A stretch of 49,274 nucleotides of DNA, taken from assembly GCA_902384455.1 (NCBI GenBank), contig CABMCB010000053.1:1-49274 (forward strand), given 5' to 3'. The translations under genes and the position numbers were made by a program. The stretch is from an uncultured archaeon (GTDB lineage Archaea; Altiarchaeota; Altiarchaeia; IMC4; SCGC-AAA252-I15). Positions within the stretch are counted from its first letter, which is position 1. Every line of letters starts with the position of its first letter. Under the pieces are notes generated by a model. The model worked only from the letters and a program-made list of their open reading frames with translations, had not been told where the DNA came from and did no database searches. This document shows positions 29,776-39,402 of this stretch, in pieces.

Positions 29776-32166
29776 TTGACCGGCTTTCACACAGTATATT
29801 TCGTTTTGCTTCCCATATTTGACTGGATGAAACTCAGGAGGGGGGGCGAACAGAAGGCAGGCAGCATCTCCGATATGCCTGCGTCGCCTGCATGGAGGGA
29901 CGAACTCCTTAAGGTGCATGACGCCATAGAAGGCCCTCTGCCCCAAGTGAGGAATCCTGTGTCGCCGGAAGAGCTTCAGGGCTATCTTGGCCGCGACGAC
30001 GTTGCTGGCGCTCTTGGCGTTTCCGGGCATGACTTGGATTTCGCGCGCGCATTGGCTTCCGCAGGGAATGCGCCTCTTAAGCAGCTTGGAGTCTCGGTTA
30101 GGTCTCATGAGTACCGGCTTGCTTTGGCGGTTCATCTGGAACGCAGGACAGGCATCAGCTTTAGGCCGGATGGCTTTCTTTCTGTTGACGCTGATAGGCT
30201 GGATGAGGCCGACAATATTCTTTTTGCTCCGAACACCAGTTTCATGGGCCACTCAGATTGGAGGATGGCCCTTAGCAGAAGCGACGTCAAAGGAGTGTTC
30301 CAACACCAGGACGGTTCCGTGCGCCCAACTTTTTTCGGCGAACCCCTTACTTCAGTCGCCAACGCGAATTTCTTCCACGTGAAAGTCGGGGACGAATTCC
30401 GAAGCATGCAAGGGGGAATACTCCGCGTTTCCCCCGAAAAAGGCGTGATAGTCCCGATTGTCGGAGAATTCATGGGAGAAGACGGCCCCATACCCGACGA
30501 AAGACTCGCCCAACTTGGAATAGAAAGAGTCCGAGACACTGAGGGGAGGCCTGTGACTTACCCTATGTTCGCCTCCACAGCCCGCTCTCTGATTCAATTC
30601 TGCAGCTTCCAAATCCACGTGCCAGTGGTGGACGGCCGCCCTAGGTTGTTGAATGGTCCTGAGGCTATTCTTGATGTTTTTAGTATGTTGGGGGATGAGT
30701 CAGCTGACGGTTTGAGGGAGGCGGCTAGGATGCTTTTGGACGGGGCGTATGAGGATGCGAAGCCTGGGATGCCTAAGGAGGCGTTTGTTGAGAACCAGTG
30801 GGGCAAGGCGCTGACTATGGCTGGGACCACTGTTCTTCAGAATATTGATGCTCCTGAAGTCACTGAGTATCTTACTTGGATGAGTCTGCCGGTCTGCGCG
30901 GTGCAGTTTAAGGGCGGCGGATGCGTTCATTACGACGGGAACTACGTGACGTTGACTGAGGGGGAGGTGAGAAAGCATCCTAACTTAAGGTTTAAAGAGC
31001 GTAGGGGCGATTGGTCTTTTGTCGTCGACAGGCGCCATGAGGGGCAGCAGGGAATCATGTTGTCCATACCTCATCAGCCGGGTTCTATGGATCCCGTGGG
31101 CGGGGCTCCGACTCTTGAGGCGATAGGATACGAGAGGGAGCAGAGGATTCTGGAGCACGGCGGAGTGCTCTCTGGAGTGACGATCGGGGTGATAAAGCTT
31201 TTTGACGACACTCAGGTGCCGGACCTATGCGTGCCAGACGCCGCAGTGACGGTCGTCGCAATACTAGACGACACAAGGAGGGTAGAAGACTTCATACGGA
31301 CCGAAAGAAACCCCAAAGCAAGAGAACACTGGTACAAAGAGGCGGTAGTTGAAAAATACGGGCCCGCCCCGCCTGAAGTAAAAAGCGGCGATGAATGGGA
31401 AGCGTGGGTTGACAGCCAATTCATCGAATGCAGGGAAAAGCACCTTGCGCAACTGTGCTTAAACCTCGGCAAAACAACGAGAGCGACATTAGAGGCAAAC
31501 CTCACCAACCCCAGAAACCAAAACCTCATGGGCAACATAAGCTTCGCAGGAGGCATAACAGACACAAGGGCGCTTGCGGAAATGACGGACCCAAACCAAT
31601 CATATAGCTTCATAACCCACGTAATAGAAGGCCTGAACGATTTGGCTAAGGTGGCGGGAATCCAAAGCGGCGAAATATTCAGGACGCCCCACTTCCGCTC
31701 TTTTATTACTGAATTCATTGGGGAAGATGCAGCTGCGCCCGTACTGCAGTTCATTCAAAAACCCTACTTCAGAGTGGGGCAAAGATTCGACGACCAAATA
31801 CAGGAAAGCAAAATCATAGGCCTATCTACGGACGCGTGGGTCAGAAAGCAAGGAGGAACTCCAACAGGCGCATATCACACAAGCGATGTCGACTTGACCA
31901 GACTTCTTGCTCGAGACGAGTCTGCCCGCAAAAGAATCGGCATGAATGAAGGCCACGCCATAACATTAATCGCCTACCTTTCAACCCCTACGTTGATGTT
32001 ACATGGCCCAGAGGGAGTTACAACTCTAGAAGAAGCCCTTGAAATCCCCAGAGCGCTTCTTGAGGATAGACTTGGTAAAGTCCCCACAATAGAGGAAAAC
32101 GCCCGACTACTAGAACAACAATGGTGGGGAAGAGCCGCAAAAGGAAGAACGCAACAGACTACTTAG
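29776..32166 (+). CDS. Large hypothetical protein (likely start ATG 29827); possible kinase-like C-terminal half
   Basis: Uninterrupted 796-codon ORF; no confident family. Confidence 0.7.
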   Translation: MTGFHTVYFVLLPIFDWMKLRRGGEQKAGSISDMPASPAWRDELLKVHDAIEGPLPQVRNPVSPEELQGYLGRDDVAGALGVSGHDLDFARALASAGNAPLKQLGVSVRSHEYRLALAVHLERRTGISFRPDGFLSVDADRLDEADNILFAPNTSFMGHSDWRMALSRSDVKGVFQHQDGSVRPTFFGEPLTSVANANFFHVKVGDEFRSMQGGILRVSPEKGVIVPIVGEFMGEDGPIPDERLAQLGIERVRDTEGRPVTYPMFASTARSLIQFCSFQIHVPVVDGRPRLLNGPEAILDVFSMLGDESADGLREAARMLLDGAYEDAKPGMPKEAFVENQWGKALTMAGTTVLQNIDAPEVTEYLTWMSLPVCAVQFKGGGCVHYDGNYVTLTEGEVRKHPNLRFKERRGDWSFVVDRRHEGQQGIMLSIPHQPGSMDPVGGAPTLEAIGYEREQRILEHGGVLSGVTIGVIKLFDDTQVPDLCVPDAAVTVVAILDDTRRVEDFIRTERNPKAREHWYKEAVVEKYGPAPPEVKSGDEWEAWVDSQFIECREKHLAQLCLNLGKTTRATLEANLTNPRNQNLMGNISFAGGITDTRALAEMTDPNQSYSFITHVIEGLNDLAKVAGIQSGEIFRTPHFRSFITEFIGEDAAAPVLQFIQKPYFRVGQRFDDQIQESKIIGLSTDAWVRKQGGTPTGAYHTSDVDLTRLLARDESARKRIGMNEGHAITLIAYLSTPTLMLHGPEGVTTLEEALEIPRALLEDRLGKVPTIEENARLLEQQWWGRAAKGRTQQTT

Positions 32167-33506
32167 GGCGTCAGTCTCGTTCTGTCTCTGGGCCAAAGCA
32201 CCGTCTCGCGGATGTTCGGCACTCCCGTGAGCACTTGGGTTATTCTTTCGCTTCCTATGCTCCATCCGCCGTGCGGAGGCATACCGTACTTGAACGCCGA
32301 CAGGTAGAACTCGAAGTTCGCGGGGTTAAGGCCGCGCTTCTTAAGTGCTGCGACGAGTTGGTCGTGGTCGTGTATTCGCTGTGCTCCGCTGCATAGTTCC
32401 AGGTCGCCGAGCATCAAATCGAATGCGCCGCATCTTTCGGGGTCGTCGTCGTATGGGCGACTGTAGAATGCGCGGACTTTGGTGGGCCACGCCTTGATTA
32501 TGTATGGGCCTGTGAATTCGTCTTTCAAGAGGTGGCATGCTTCGCTTGAGAGGTCTTCGCCCCACGGCATCTTCATCCCTTTTTTATTTAGGATTTCGAG
32601 GCATTCGTCGTATGTGACGCGCGGCAGAGGAAGCTTTGGGACTTCTAGGTTTCTGTTGAGCGCCTTAAGTTCCTGGGGGCATTCCTCAACGACCTTCTTG
32701 ATTATGTGGTACGTTACGCCCTCCAATTCCTCCAACACGCCTTCTTCGTCGCGGATGAAGGCCTTCTCAATGTCCATTTGGTATATTTCGTTTAGGTGCT
32801 TTGTGGTGTTGTGGCTTTCGGCGCGGAAGACGGGAACTGTCATGAAGACTTTGTCGAATCCTCCCGCCAGAATCATCTGCTTGTACAACTGCGGGCTCTG
32901 ACAGAGGTACGCCTCCTTCTCGAAGTAAGTTAAAGCGAAAAGATTCGTGCCGCCTTCGCTTGCGGCCGCTATGATGCTTGGCGGGTTGATTTCAATGAAC
33001 TTCTTCTTCAGGAAAAACTCCCTGAAAGCCTCCTGCACCTTAGCGCGGATTCTAAACACCGCCATGACTTCAGGTTTTCTCACGTCCATGAAACGGTTGT
33101 TTATGCGCGTATCCAAATCCGCGTCAACCTTACCTGTGACGTCCAAAGGCAGAGGACTCTGCGCCGAAGCGATTACAGTAATCTTAGACGGAACCACCTC
33201 AACGCCGCCCGGCGCCTTAGCGTTCTTCACCACATTTCCGACCACAACCACTACGCTCTCGCGGCTAACTCCCTTAAGAGAATCAATAACGAGAGAATCC
33301 GCAACACCCTCCTTAGCAGTAACCTGAACGCGGCCTTCCCTGTCTCTTAGCACCAGGAATTTTAGTTTGCCTAGGTCGCGTATTTCATGCGCCCATCCTG
33401 CGAGTGTGATTGTCTGCCCGTCTAGGGCTTCTGTGACGGCTGAGGAGTAGTGCGTGCGGAGGCTGCTTGCGGGTTCGTGCGTTTCGCCGTGGTGCGTGTG
33501 GGCCAT
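32163..33506 (-). CDS. aspS: Aspartyl-tRNA synthetase, archaeal type, likely non-discriminating
   Basis: AYLCQSPQLYKQ, FRAE, GMPPHGGWSIGSER, PRDRTRLTP; Pro in the KAPGG anticodon loop. Confidence 0.95.
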   Translation of the reverse strand: MAHTHHGETHEPASSLRTHYSSAVTEALDGQTITLAGWAHEIRDLGKLKFLVLRDREGRVQVTAKEGVADSLVIDSLKGVSRESVVVVVGNVVKNAKAPGGVEVVPSKITVIASAQSPLPLDVTGKVDADLDTRINNRFMDVRKPEVMAVFRIRAKVQEAFREFFLKKKFIEINPPSIIAAASEGGTNLFALTYFEKEAYLCQSPQLYKQMILAGGFDKVFMTVPVFRAESHNTTKHLNEIYQMDIEKAFIRDEEGVLEELEGVTYHIIKKVVEECPQELKALNRNLEVPKLPLPRVTYDECLEILNKKGMKMPWGEDLSSEACHLLKDEFTGPYIIKAWPTKVRAFYSRPYDDDPERCGAFDLMLGDLELCSGAQRIHDHDQLVAALKKRGLNPANFEFYLSAFKYGMPPHGGWSIGSERITQVLTGVPNIRETVLWPRDRTRLTP

Positions 33507-33520
33507 CGGATGGTGCGGGT

Positions 33521-33793
33521 TTATTTTGTGAGGAATATCTCTATTGAAGAGACTTTGACTGGTCCGTTTTCGCCTTCTACTTCTTCGGTGGTCAGGCGTA
33601 TGTCCTTGTAGGAGACGTCCGTCATGAATCGGTTTCGGACTATTTCTGCGACATCTACCGCGCAGCTTATGGAGCGTCCGCGGGCTTTGATTGTCACTTC
33701 GTTTTGGCCGTTGTTGAATTGCGTTACGACGGCTAGTACGTAGCTCATCGGCTTTTTCTTTCCTATGTAGACTGTGTTGTCGTTGGCTTCCAT
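33521..33793 (-). CDS. albA: Chromatin/nucleic-acid-binding protein Alba
   Basis: [39 protein letters not shown]; start ATG 33793. Confidence 0.95.
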   Translation of the reverse strand: MEANDNTVYIGKKKPMSYVLAVVTQFNNGQNEVTIKARGRSISCAVDVAEIVRNRFMTDVSYKDIRLTTEEVEGENGPVKVSSIEIFLTK

Positions 33794-33828
33794 TGGAATC
33801 ACTTTTTGTTTGATTGTTGTTGGTTGTT

Positions 33829-34431
33829 TTATTCTTTGATTGCGGGGGAAGGGGAAAACAGGTAGTATTTGCTTTCTCCTTTTATTTCCTCGATTATTTT
33901 TTCTGCTAGTATTGTTACTGGGTCTGGCGTGCTTTTGAGGCGTGCGCGCATGTCTTCGAAGCTTGTGAATGGGGTTATGTCTCTTTCTGTGAGTATTTCC
34001 TGGCGGTGTCTTTTGCCTATCTTCGGCAGTGTCTCCAGTTTGTGTAGGCGGGGGCTTATTATGCCGCATGTGTTGTAGAAGCCCACGAACCTTTGTTCGT
34101 CTTGCGTGATTATCTGCTGGAGCACTACTGGGAGTTCGCTTTTTGCGACTGACGTCAGCCAGTCGTGTTTTAGGCGGCGTTCTATGTGGTCTATCTTGTC
34201 TCTTGGTCCTTCGCCTACGTATACGCGTTCTCCGAGAGTCAGGTTTATGCCGGGTTTGGGCGATACTTCAAGTAGGGTGAAGTATTTTTCTCCTATGCCT
34301 TGGGCTATCGGCTTGCGTTTGTGCGACGGCAAGTCTGATTTGCCTTGGGAGAGGAAATCTAGAATACGAACGTAATCGTCTTTTTTTATGTCCACTACTG
34401 CACCCCACGTTGTTATTGTGTCTGATATCAC
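33829..34431 (-). CDS. DUF655 family putative RNA-binding protein; start uncertain
   Basis: [38 protein letters not shown]; conserved position after rpoF. Confidence 0.85.
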   Translation of the reverse strand: MISDTITTWGAVVDIKKDDYVRILDFLSQGKSDLPSHKRKPIAQGIGEKYFTLLEVSPKPGINLTLGERVYVGEGPRDKIDHIERRLKHDWLTSVAKSELPVVLQQIITQDEQRFVGFYNTCGIISPRLHKLETLPKIGKRHRQEILTERDITPFTSFEDMRARLKSTPDPVTILAEKIIEEIKGESKYYLFSPSPAIKE

Positions 34432-34436
34432 CTGAT

Positions 34437-34781
34437 TTAGCGGTATTTGGCCACCAATTCGGTGATTTGCTTTATGTCCTCTTCAGAGTACTTGAATCGC
34501 TCTTTGGCGAATATTGCCCTGACGTCATCGACGTCTGCGGGAAGTAGGTCGACGATTTTGACTATTGATTCCTGAGGAAGCGAAAGCGACAGTTCCTTGA
34601 GTTGCTTGCTTAAGTCTGCGGTGTCTTTCGCGGAAAGGCGGGCGAATTGAGTGGAGTGCTCAAGCGCGCGGCGCTGCTCGTACAACATTTCCTTGCTGTC
34701 TTGGCTGTATTCCTTCTCCTTTCTCTTGAGGATGCCTTTGACTTCCGCAAGGGGTACCGGACGTTCGTCTTGGACCTTCAT
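34437..34781 (-). CDS. rpoF: RNA polymerase subunit Rpo4/F
   Basis: LAEVKGIL, YEQRRALEH, KIVDLLP; follows L21e. Confidence 0.9.
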   Translation of the reverse strand: MKVQDERPVPLAEVKGILKRKEKEYSQDSKEMLYEQRRALEHSTQFARLSAKDTADLSKQLKELSLSLPQESIVKIVDLLPADVDDVRAIFAKERFKYSEEDIKQITELVAKYR

Positions 34782-35068
34782 TTTTGCTGTTGTGGCTTAA
34801 GGTGTTCTGGGTTCACGAGCACAGTCTTCTGGCTGTTTCCGTCTCTTACGCTGATGTAGTATGCGCGGCCTTGTTTTCCGACGATTACGCCTGTTTTTCC
34901 TTGGAAGCGCTTGTGCGGGACTGACTGGTAGCGGGAGTCTATGACTATGGACACCGTCTCGGCTTCCTCGAACTGCTGGAGGTACCGGCTGATGCTTATT
35001 TTGCCCCTACTTTTGGGTTCCACATGGAAGTTGCGCGTTCGCCGTCTAGGTCCGTTGCTGCCTTTCAT
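34778..35068 (-). CDS. rpl21e: 50S ribosomal protein L21e (eL21)
   Basis: GPRRRTR, PHKRFQGKTG, VNPEHLK. Confidence 0.95.
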   Translation of the reverse strand: MKGSNGPRRRTRNFHVEPKSRGKISISRYLQQFEEAETVSIVIDSRYQSVPHKRFQGKTGVIVGKQGRAYYISVRDGNSQKTVLVNPEHLKPQQQK

Positions 35069-35255
35069 TGTTTTGATAGTGGATAGAGTACTCTACCCTA
35101 AAGGAAACTGAAGTAGTATTTAGGGCTGTGGAGATTAAAAAGGTTTAGGAAGCCGTTCTGCCGAATTAAGCGCGTTTAACCGCTATATTTCATGCGGCAT
35201 GAAAGGGCTTCACGGAGGTTTTTTACCTTAGAAGGAGTATCTACTTGTAGGGGAA

Positions 35256-36182
35256 ATGGGATTTAAGACTAAGGTTGCGGCGTTGCTTGCTGGCGGGACA
35301 GTCATGCTTGTCGTCGTCGCAGTCATCGCCCTGGTCGTTCTCGGAGGGGTTATCGCCGCCGCCTGGATGTACTTCGGGCATTCTTCGCCCACGCCCTCCA
35401 GCGGACCACCTTCCACATACAAGACTACTAAATCGTCTTCCACATTAGGAACGACTACGACAACTCTTCCGCAGGCCCAGAATGTTCCAACAACTACAAC
35501 TGAGCCAATACCTACCCAAACCACGACCACCGTTTCGCCTCCTCAGACTGTAGAGGCAACTACGACAACCGTCGCTTCTTCTGGCAGCCAGCAGCTTATG
35601 GCGTCTTGCGTGAACCAGTACGGAGTTTCCTCGGACACCGTCCTTTATTTGTACACCAGACACTGCTGCGACCCGACTGTCACCAACATGGTGAATGCGG
35701 TTGAAAGAAAGGGCTTTCCCTTCAAGCACATAGACACCGAAAACCCAAGCGACACCGACGCCGACATAATCGCCTGCTTCATCCAGAAAGGCAACAGCAT
35801 ATACGTGCCCCAATTCATATGCCCCGCAACGCAAGGAAGCTCCATCATGACCAACCCCGCCGGAATGCAGGCGGCCATTGAACGTTTCGCTGAAGACTGC
35901 GTAAAGCAGGCTCGAGGAGGAGCCGCAAACACAGACTCTGCTGTTTCCGGCGAAGTGAAATGCCGGAACAATTCTGACTGCGGGGTCCTTAAGACTTCTT
36001 ATATCTGCGTTAACGGCAACGTTTACTTGAAGAAGGAACTTCCTATATGCAGGAATCCTGGAACGCCTCAGTCGACATGCGTCACCAACATAGGGGGGAT
36101 GAACTCTGCGGTAGACACCTGCAATGATAAGGAGCGGTGCGTAGCCGGCCAGAGCACGTGCCAGCTGATTGACACTGAGTAA
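35256..36182 (+). CDS. Membrane-anchored Thr-rich protein with thioredoxin-like and Cys-rich domains
   Basis: N-terminal TM, Thr/Pro linker, LYLYTRHCC...VPQFIC, C-terminal CRNNSDCG...C...C. Confidence 0.7.
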   Translation: MGFKTKVAALLAGGTVMLVVVAVIALVVLGGVIAAAWMYFGHSSPTPSSGPPSTYKTTKSSSTLGTTTTTLPQAQNVPTTTTEPIPTQTTTTVSPPQTVEATTTTVASSGSQQLMASCVNQYGVSSDTVLYLYTRHCCDPTVTNMVNAVERKGFPFKHIDTENPSDTDADIIACFIQKGNSIYVPQFICPATQGSSIMTNPAGMQAAIERFAEDCVKQARGGAANTDSAVSGEVKCRNNSDCGVLKTSYICVNGNVYLKKELPICRNPGTPQSTCVTNIGGMNSAVDTCNDKERCVAGQSTCQLIDTE

Positions 36183-36186
36183 GTTT

Positions 36187-39100
36187 TTACCGGCTTTTTA
36201 TTGCCACGTGTATTTCTTCGCCTTGGAATTCCAGCGTCGACTCTCCTTTGACTTCTGCCGCGGCAAGTTCGTCTGCGCGGGTTTCTGTGAGGATTAGGCT
36301 CTTGTATTTTCTTAGCATGCCTTCGACGGATTTTGTGTCGGACAGCTTCACCGTTATCCTGTCAAGTTCCGCCAGGCCGTGCTTCTTCCTTAGTTCCTGT
36401 ATGTGTCGGATTACTTCTCGGGCTAATGCTTCGGTAAGTAGTTCCGGCGTGCGTTCTGTGTCCAGGTATACAACGCCTGAGCCGGAGGGTAGTGTGAAGT
36501 TTTCTGCGGCGTATTTTTCGGGGACGTTCACTCTTATTTCAGTGACCGTTTCTGGGGTGACCGTGAGTTCGCCGAGCGTCAGAGTCTTTCCCTCATCGAA
36601 TGCCTTCTTTATCTGCCTGCTTCCGGCGGTTATCGCCTTCGCTATTTCAGGCGCCTTCTTCCCGTACTTGGGGCCCAACACCTGGAAGTTCGGCACGGCA
36701 GTATAAGTCGTGCCTTCGACTTCCGGATGGTACTCCACCTTCTTGGAGTTCAGCTGCTCCTCAAGTATTCCCGAAAGCTCTTTAACCGCCTTCTGAACAC
36801 GCTCCCCGCCTGCGACAGTGACTGAAGCCACAGGATGACGAAGCTTAATCTGAGCCTTCTGCCTAAGGTGAGCGGAAGACTCGAATATCGCGCGCGCAAC
36901 CGCCATATTAGCTTCAAGCTCAACGTCGGACTCTTGAGGTTGAGGCCATGTTTCTAGGTGGACGCTTTCTTTGCCTGCGATGAGGTTTTGGTATAGGTGT
37001 TCTGATAGGAATGGTGCGAATGGCGCAAGTAGCACTGTTAGGCGGTGGAATGAGTGGCGCAGCGTCTCGTATGCGGCCTGTTTGCTTGGGTTGAGTTTGT
37101 CTGCTTCGTCTTCAAGCCATAGTCTGTCACGGATGAGTTTTATGTACCAGCGGGAGAGGTCTTCTATTACGTAGTTGTTTATGTGTCCGTATGCTATGTG
37201 GTAGTCGTTGTGGTCGAGTGCTTGTGTGACGTTTTGGACTAGTGTTTCTGTGGTTGAGATGAGCCATTTGTCTTCCGGCTTTAGGTTTGCGTAATTTATG
37301 TTTGCTGGGCGTTTTTCTTGCTTGTCTAGCACCATGTATCTTGTTGTGAATTCGTAGCAGTTCCACAGGGTTCTTAGGAACGGCAGGACGCTTTCGTTTA
37401 GGCTTTCTTTTCCGAATCGCCTTGCGTTCCATGGGGCTTGGCTTACCATTTGGAGGCGTACTGCGTCTGCGCCCACGTTGTTGAATAGTTCCCAGGGGTC
37501 GAGGATGTTTTGGTTGCTTTTGCTCATCTTCTCCCCTTTGTCGTCAAGGAGTAGTCCGCCTACGACGCAGCTTTTGTATGCGGGCTTGTTGAATAGGACT
37601 GTGCTTTCGGCAAGCAGTGTGTAGAACCATCCGCGCGTCTGGTCTGTTGCTTCGCTTATGAAGTCGTAGGGGAAGTGAGAGTTGAATTTCTCCTTGTTTT
37701 CGAATGGGTAGTGGAATTGCGCAAACGGCGCTGCTCCTGAGTCGTACCAGCAGTCTATGACGTAGTCTAGGCGCCCTTTTGTTCCTCCGCATTCGCATTT
37801 GAGTTTGACTTCGTCTATGTAGGGGCGGTGCAGGTCCAGGTCTTTATGAAGGGGCTTGACGGATTTTTCGTTGAGTTCCGCGCGGCTCCCTACGACGTCT
37901 TTCTTCTTGCATTTGCCGCACTGCCATACTGGAAGCGGAGTGCCCCAGAACCTGTTTCTGCTTAAGCTCCAGTCGCGGATGTTTTCAAGCCAGTTCCCGA
38001 ATCTGCCGTGCTTTATGTTTTCAGGGTACCAGCTGATTTTCTCGTTGTTTGCTAGCAAATCTTTTTTGGCTTTTTCCATGGCGATGAACCAGCTTTCCAT
38101 CGCATAGTACAAGAGCGGGCTTCCGCATCTCCAGCAGTAGGGGTATTCGTGCTCGTACGGGTAGTGGGCAACAAGCGCCGTCTGATCATCGAGTATTCTG
38201 ACTATTTCAGGGTCCGCATCCTTGGCGAATTTCCCTTCAAGTTCAGGTATTTCCGGGCCGAATGTTCCGTCTTCTCTTATGGGGTTTACGAGGGGTAGGT
38301 CGTTTTCTTTGCCTACGTTGTAGTCGTCTTCTCCGAAGGCTGGTGCTATGTGGACTATTCCTGTTCCTTCTTCTGTTGTTACGAAGTCTCCTTTTATGAT
38401 TCGCCATGCGGGTTTTTTGAGTTTGCTTCGGTAGTGGTTGAATATGGGGTGGTATGTTTGCCCCAGGAATTCCTTCCCTTTTTTGACTTCAAGCACGGGG
38501 TCGTCGGGGAATCTTTTTTCTGCTATCGCCTTGGCGAGAACAAACTTCTGGCCTTCATGGGCGATTATCGCGTAGTCGACGTCGGGGTGTACTGCGAGCG
38601 CGAGGTTAGACAGGAGCGTCCAGGGCGTGGTCGTCCAAGCGAGGAAGGAGTAGTCGTGGTCTGTCGCCCTAAGAGACACTATGACTGTTTCCTCCTTCAC
38701 CGTCTTGTATCCCAAAGCGACTTCATGGCTGGAAAGAGGCGTACCGCATCTTGCGCAGTAGGGGACGACGCGGTGGCCCTCATAGAGGAGGCCTTTATAG
38801 TATATTTCCTTTAGGCTCCACCATACGCTTTCTATGTAGTCGTTGTCCATGGTGACGTAGGGGTCGTCCATGTCCACCCAATACGCCATCCGTTCCGTCA
38901 GCTTGTTCCACGCCTCTATGTATGTGAAGACGCTTTCCCTGCATTCCTCAACGAACTTGTCCACGCCATACGCGAGAATGTCTTTCTTGCTTTTGAGGCC
39001 GAGCTTCTTTTCGATTTGGACTTCGACTGGTAGGCCGTGACAGTCCCATCCGGCTTTGCGGGGGACGGTCTTGCCTTTCATGTATTGGTGGCGGTTTACT

Positions 39101-39315
39101 AGGTCTTTGAATACGCGGACTTCTACGTGGTGTAGTGCTGGGGGTGCGTTTGCTGTTGGTGGTCCTTCTAGGAAGCTGAATGTTTCGCCGCGTTTTTCTG
39201 TGAGTGTTTTTGTTGGAACGCCTGTTTTGCGCCAGCTTTCGAGCACTGTTTCCTCTATTTTTACGGGCTCGTATGCGCCTGCTGGTTTTATTTCGCGTTC
39301 TTGTTTTGGGTGCAT
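36187..39315 (-). CDS. ileS: Isoleucyl-tRNA synthetase (type 2) with ALHH in place of HIGH
   Basis: EGPPTAN, GWDCHGLPVE, WTTTPWTL, WSLSRNRFWGTPLP, DQTRGWFY, KMSKS. Confidence 0.97.
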   Translation of the reverse strand: MHPKQEREIKPAGAYEPVKIEETVLESWRKTGVPTKTLTEKRGETFSFLEGPPTANAPPALHHVEVRVFKDLVNRHQYMKGKTVPRKAGWDCHGLPVEVQIEKKLGLKSKKDILAYGVDKFVEECRESVFTYIEAWNKLTERMAYWVDMDDPYVTMDNDYIESVWWSLKEIYYKGLLYEGHRVVPYCARCGTPLSSHEVALGYKTVKEETVIVSLRATDHDYSFLAWTTTPWTLLSNLALAVHPDVDYAIIAHEGQKFVLAKAIAEKRFPDDPVLEVKKGKEFLGQTYHPIFNHYRSKLKKPAWRIIKGDFVTTEEGTGIVHIAPAFGEDDYNVGKENDLPLVNPIREDGTFGPEIPELEGKFAKDADPEIVRILDDQTALVAHYPYEHEYPYCWRCGSPLLYYAMESWFIAMEKAKKDLLANNEKISWYPENIKHGRFGNWLENIRDWSLSRNRFWGTPLPVWQCGKCKKKDVVGSRAELNEKSVKPLHKDLDLHRPYIDEVKLKCECGGTKGRLDYVIDCWYDSGAAPFAQFHYPFENKEKFNSHFPYDFISEATDQTRGWFYTLLAESTVLFNKPAYKSCVVGGLLLDDKGEKMSKSNQNILDPWELFNNVGADAVRLQMVSQAPWNARRFGKESLNESVLPFLRTLWNCYEFTTRYMVLDKQEKRPANINYANLKPEDKWLISTTETLVQNVTQALDHNDYHIAYGHINNYVIEDLSRWYIKLIRDRLWLEDEADKLNPSKQAAYETLRHSFHRLTVLLAPFAPFLSEHLYQNLIAGKESVHLETWPQPQESDVELEANMAVARAIFESSAHLRQKAQIKLRHPVASVTVAGGERVQKAVKELSGILEEQLNSKKVEYHPEVEGTTYTAVPNFQVLGPKYGKKAPEIAKAITAGSRQIKKAFDEGKTLTLGELTVTPETVTEIRVNVPEKYAAENFTLPSGSGVVYLDTERTPELLTEALAREVIRHIQELRKKHGLAELDRITVKLSDTKSVEGMLRKYKSLILTETRADELAAAEVKGESTLEFQGEEIHVAIKSR

Positions 39316-39402
39316 GGCTGGTTTAATAGTGTGGGTGGTGGATTAAAAAATGCCGCTGTTGCTTCATTGCTGCCGTCAAGCGGGTTGTCTTGTGTGAGTC
39401 GG

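Noticed and set aside
33794-34069. Apparent N-terminal extension of Alba
   Set aside because: Overlaps the DUF655 gene in another frame; Alba homology begins at ATG 33793
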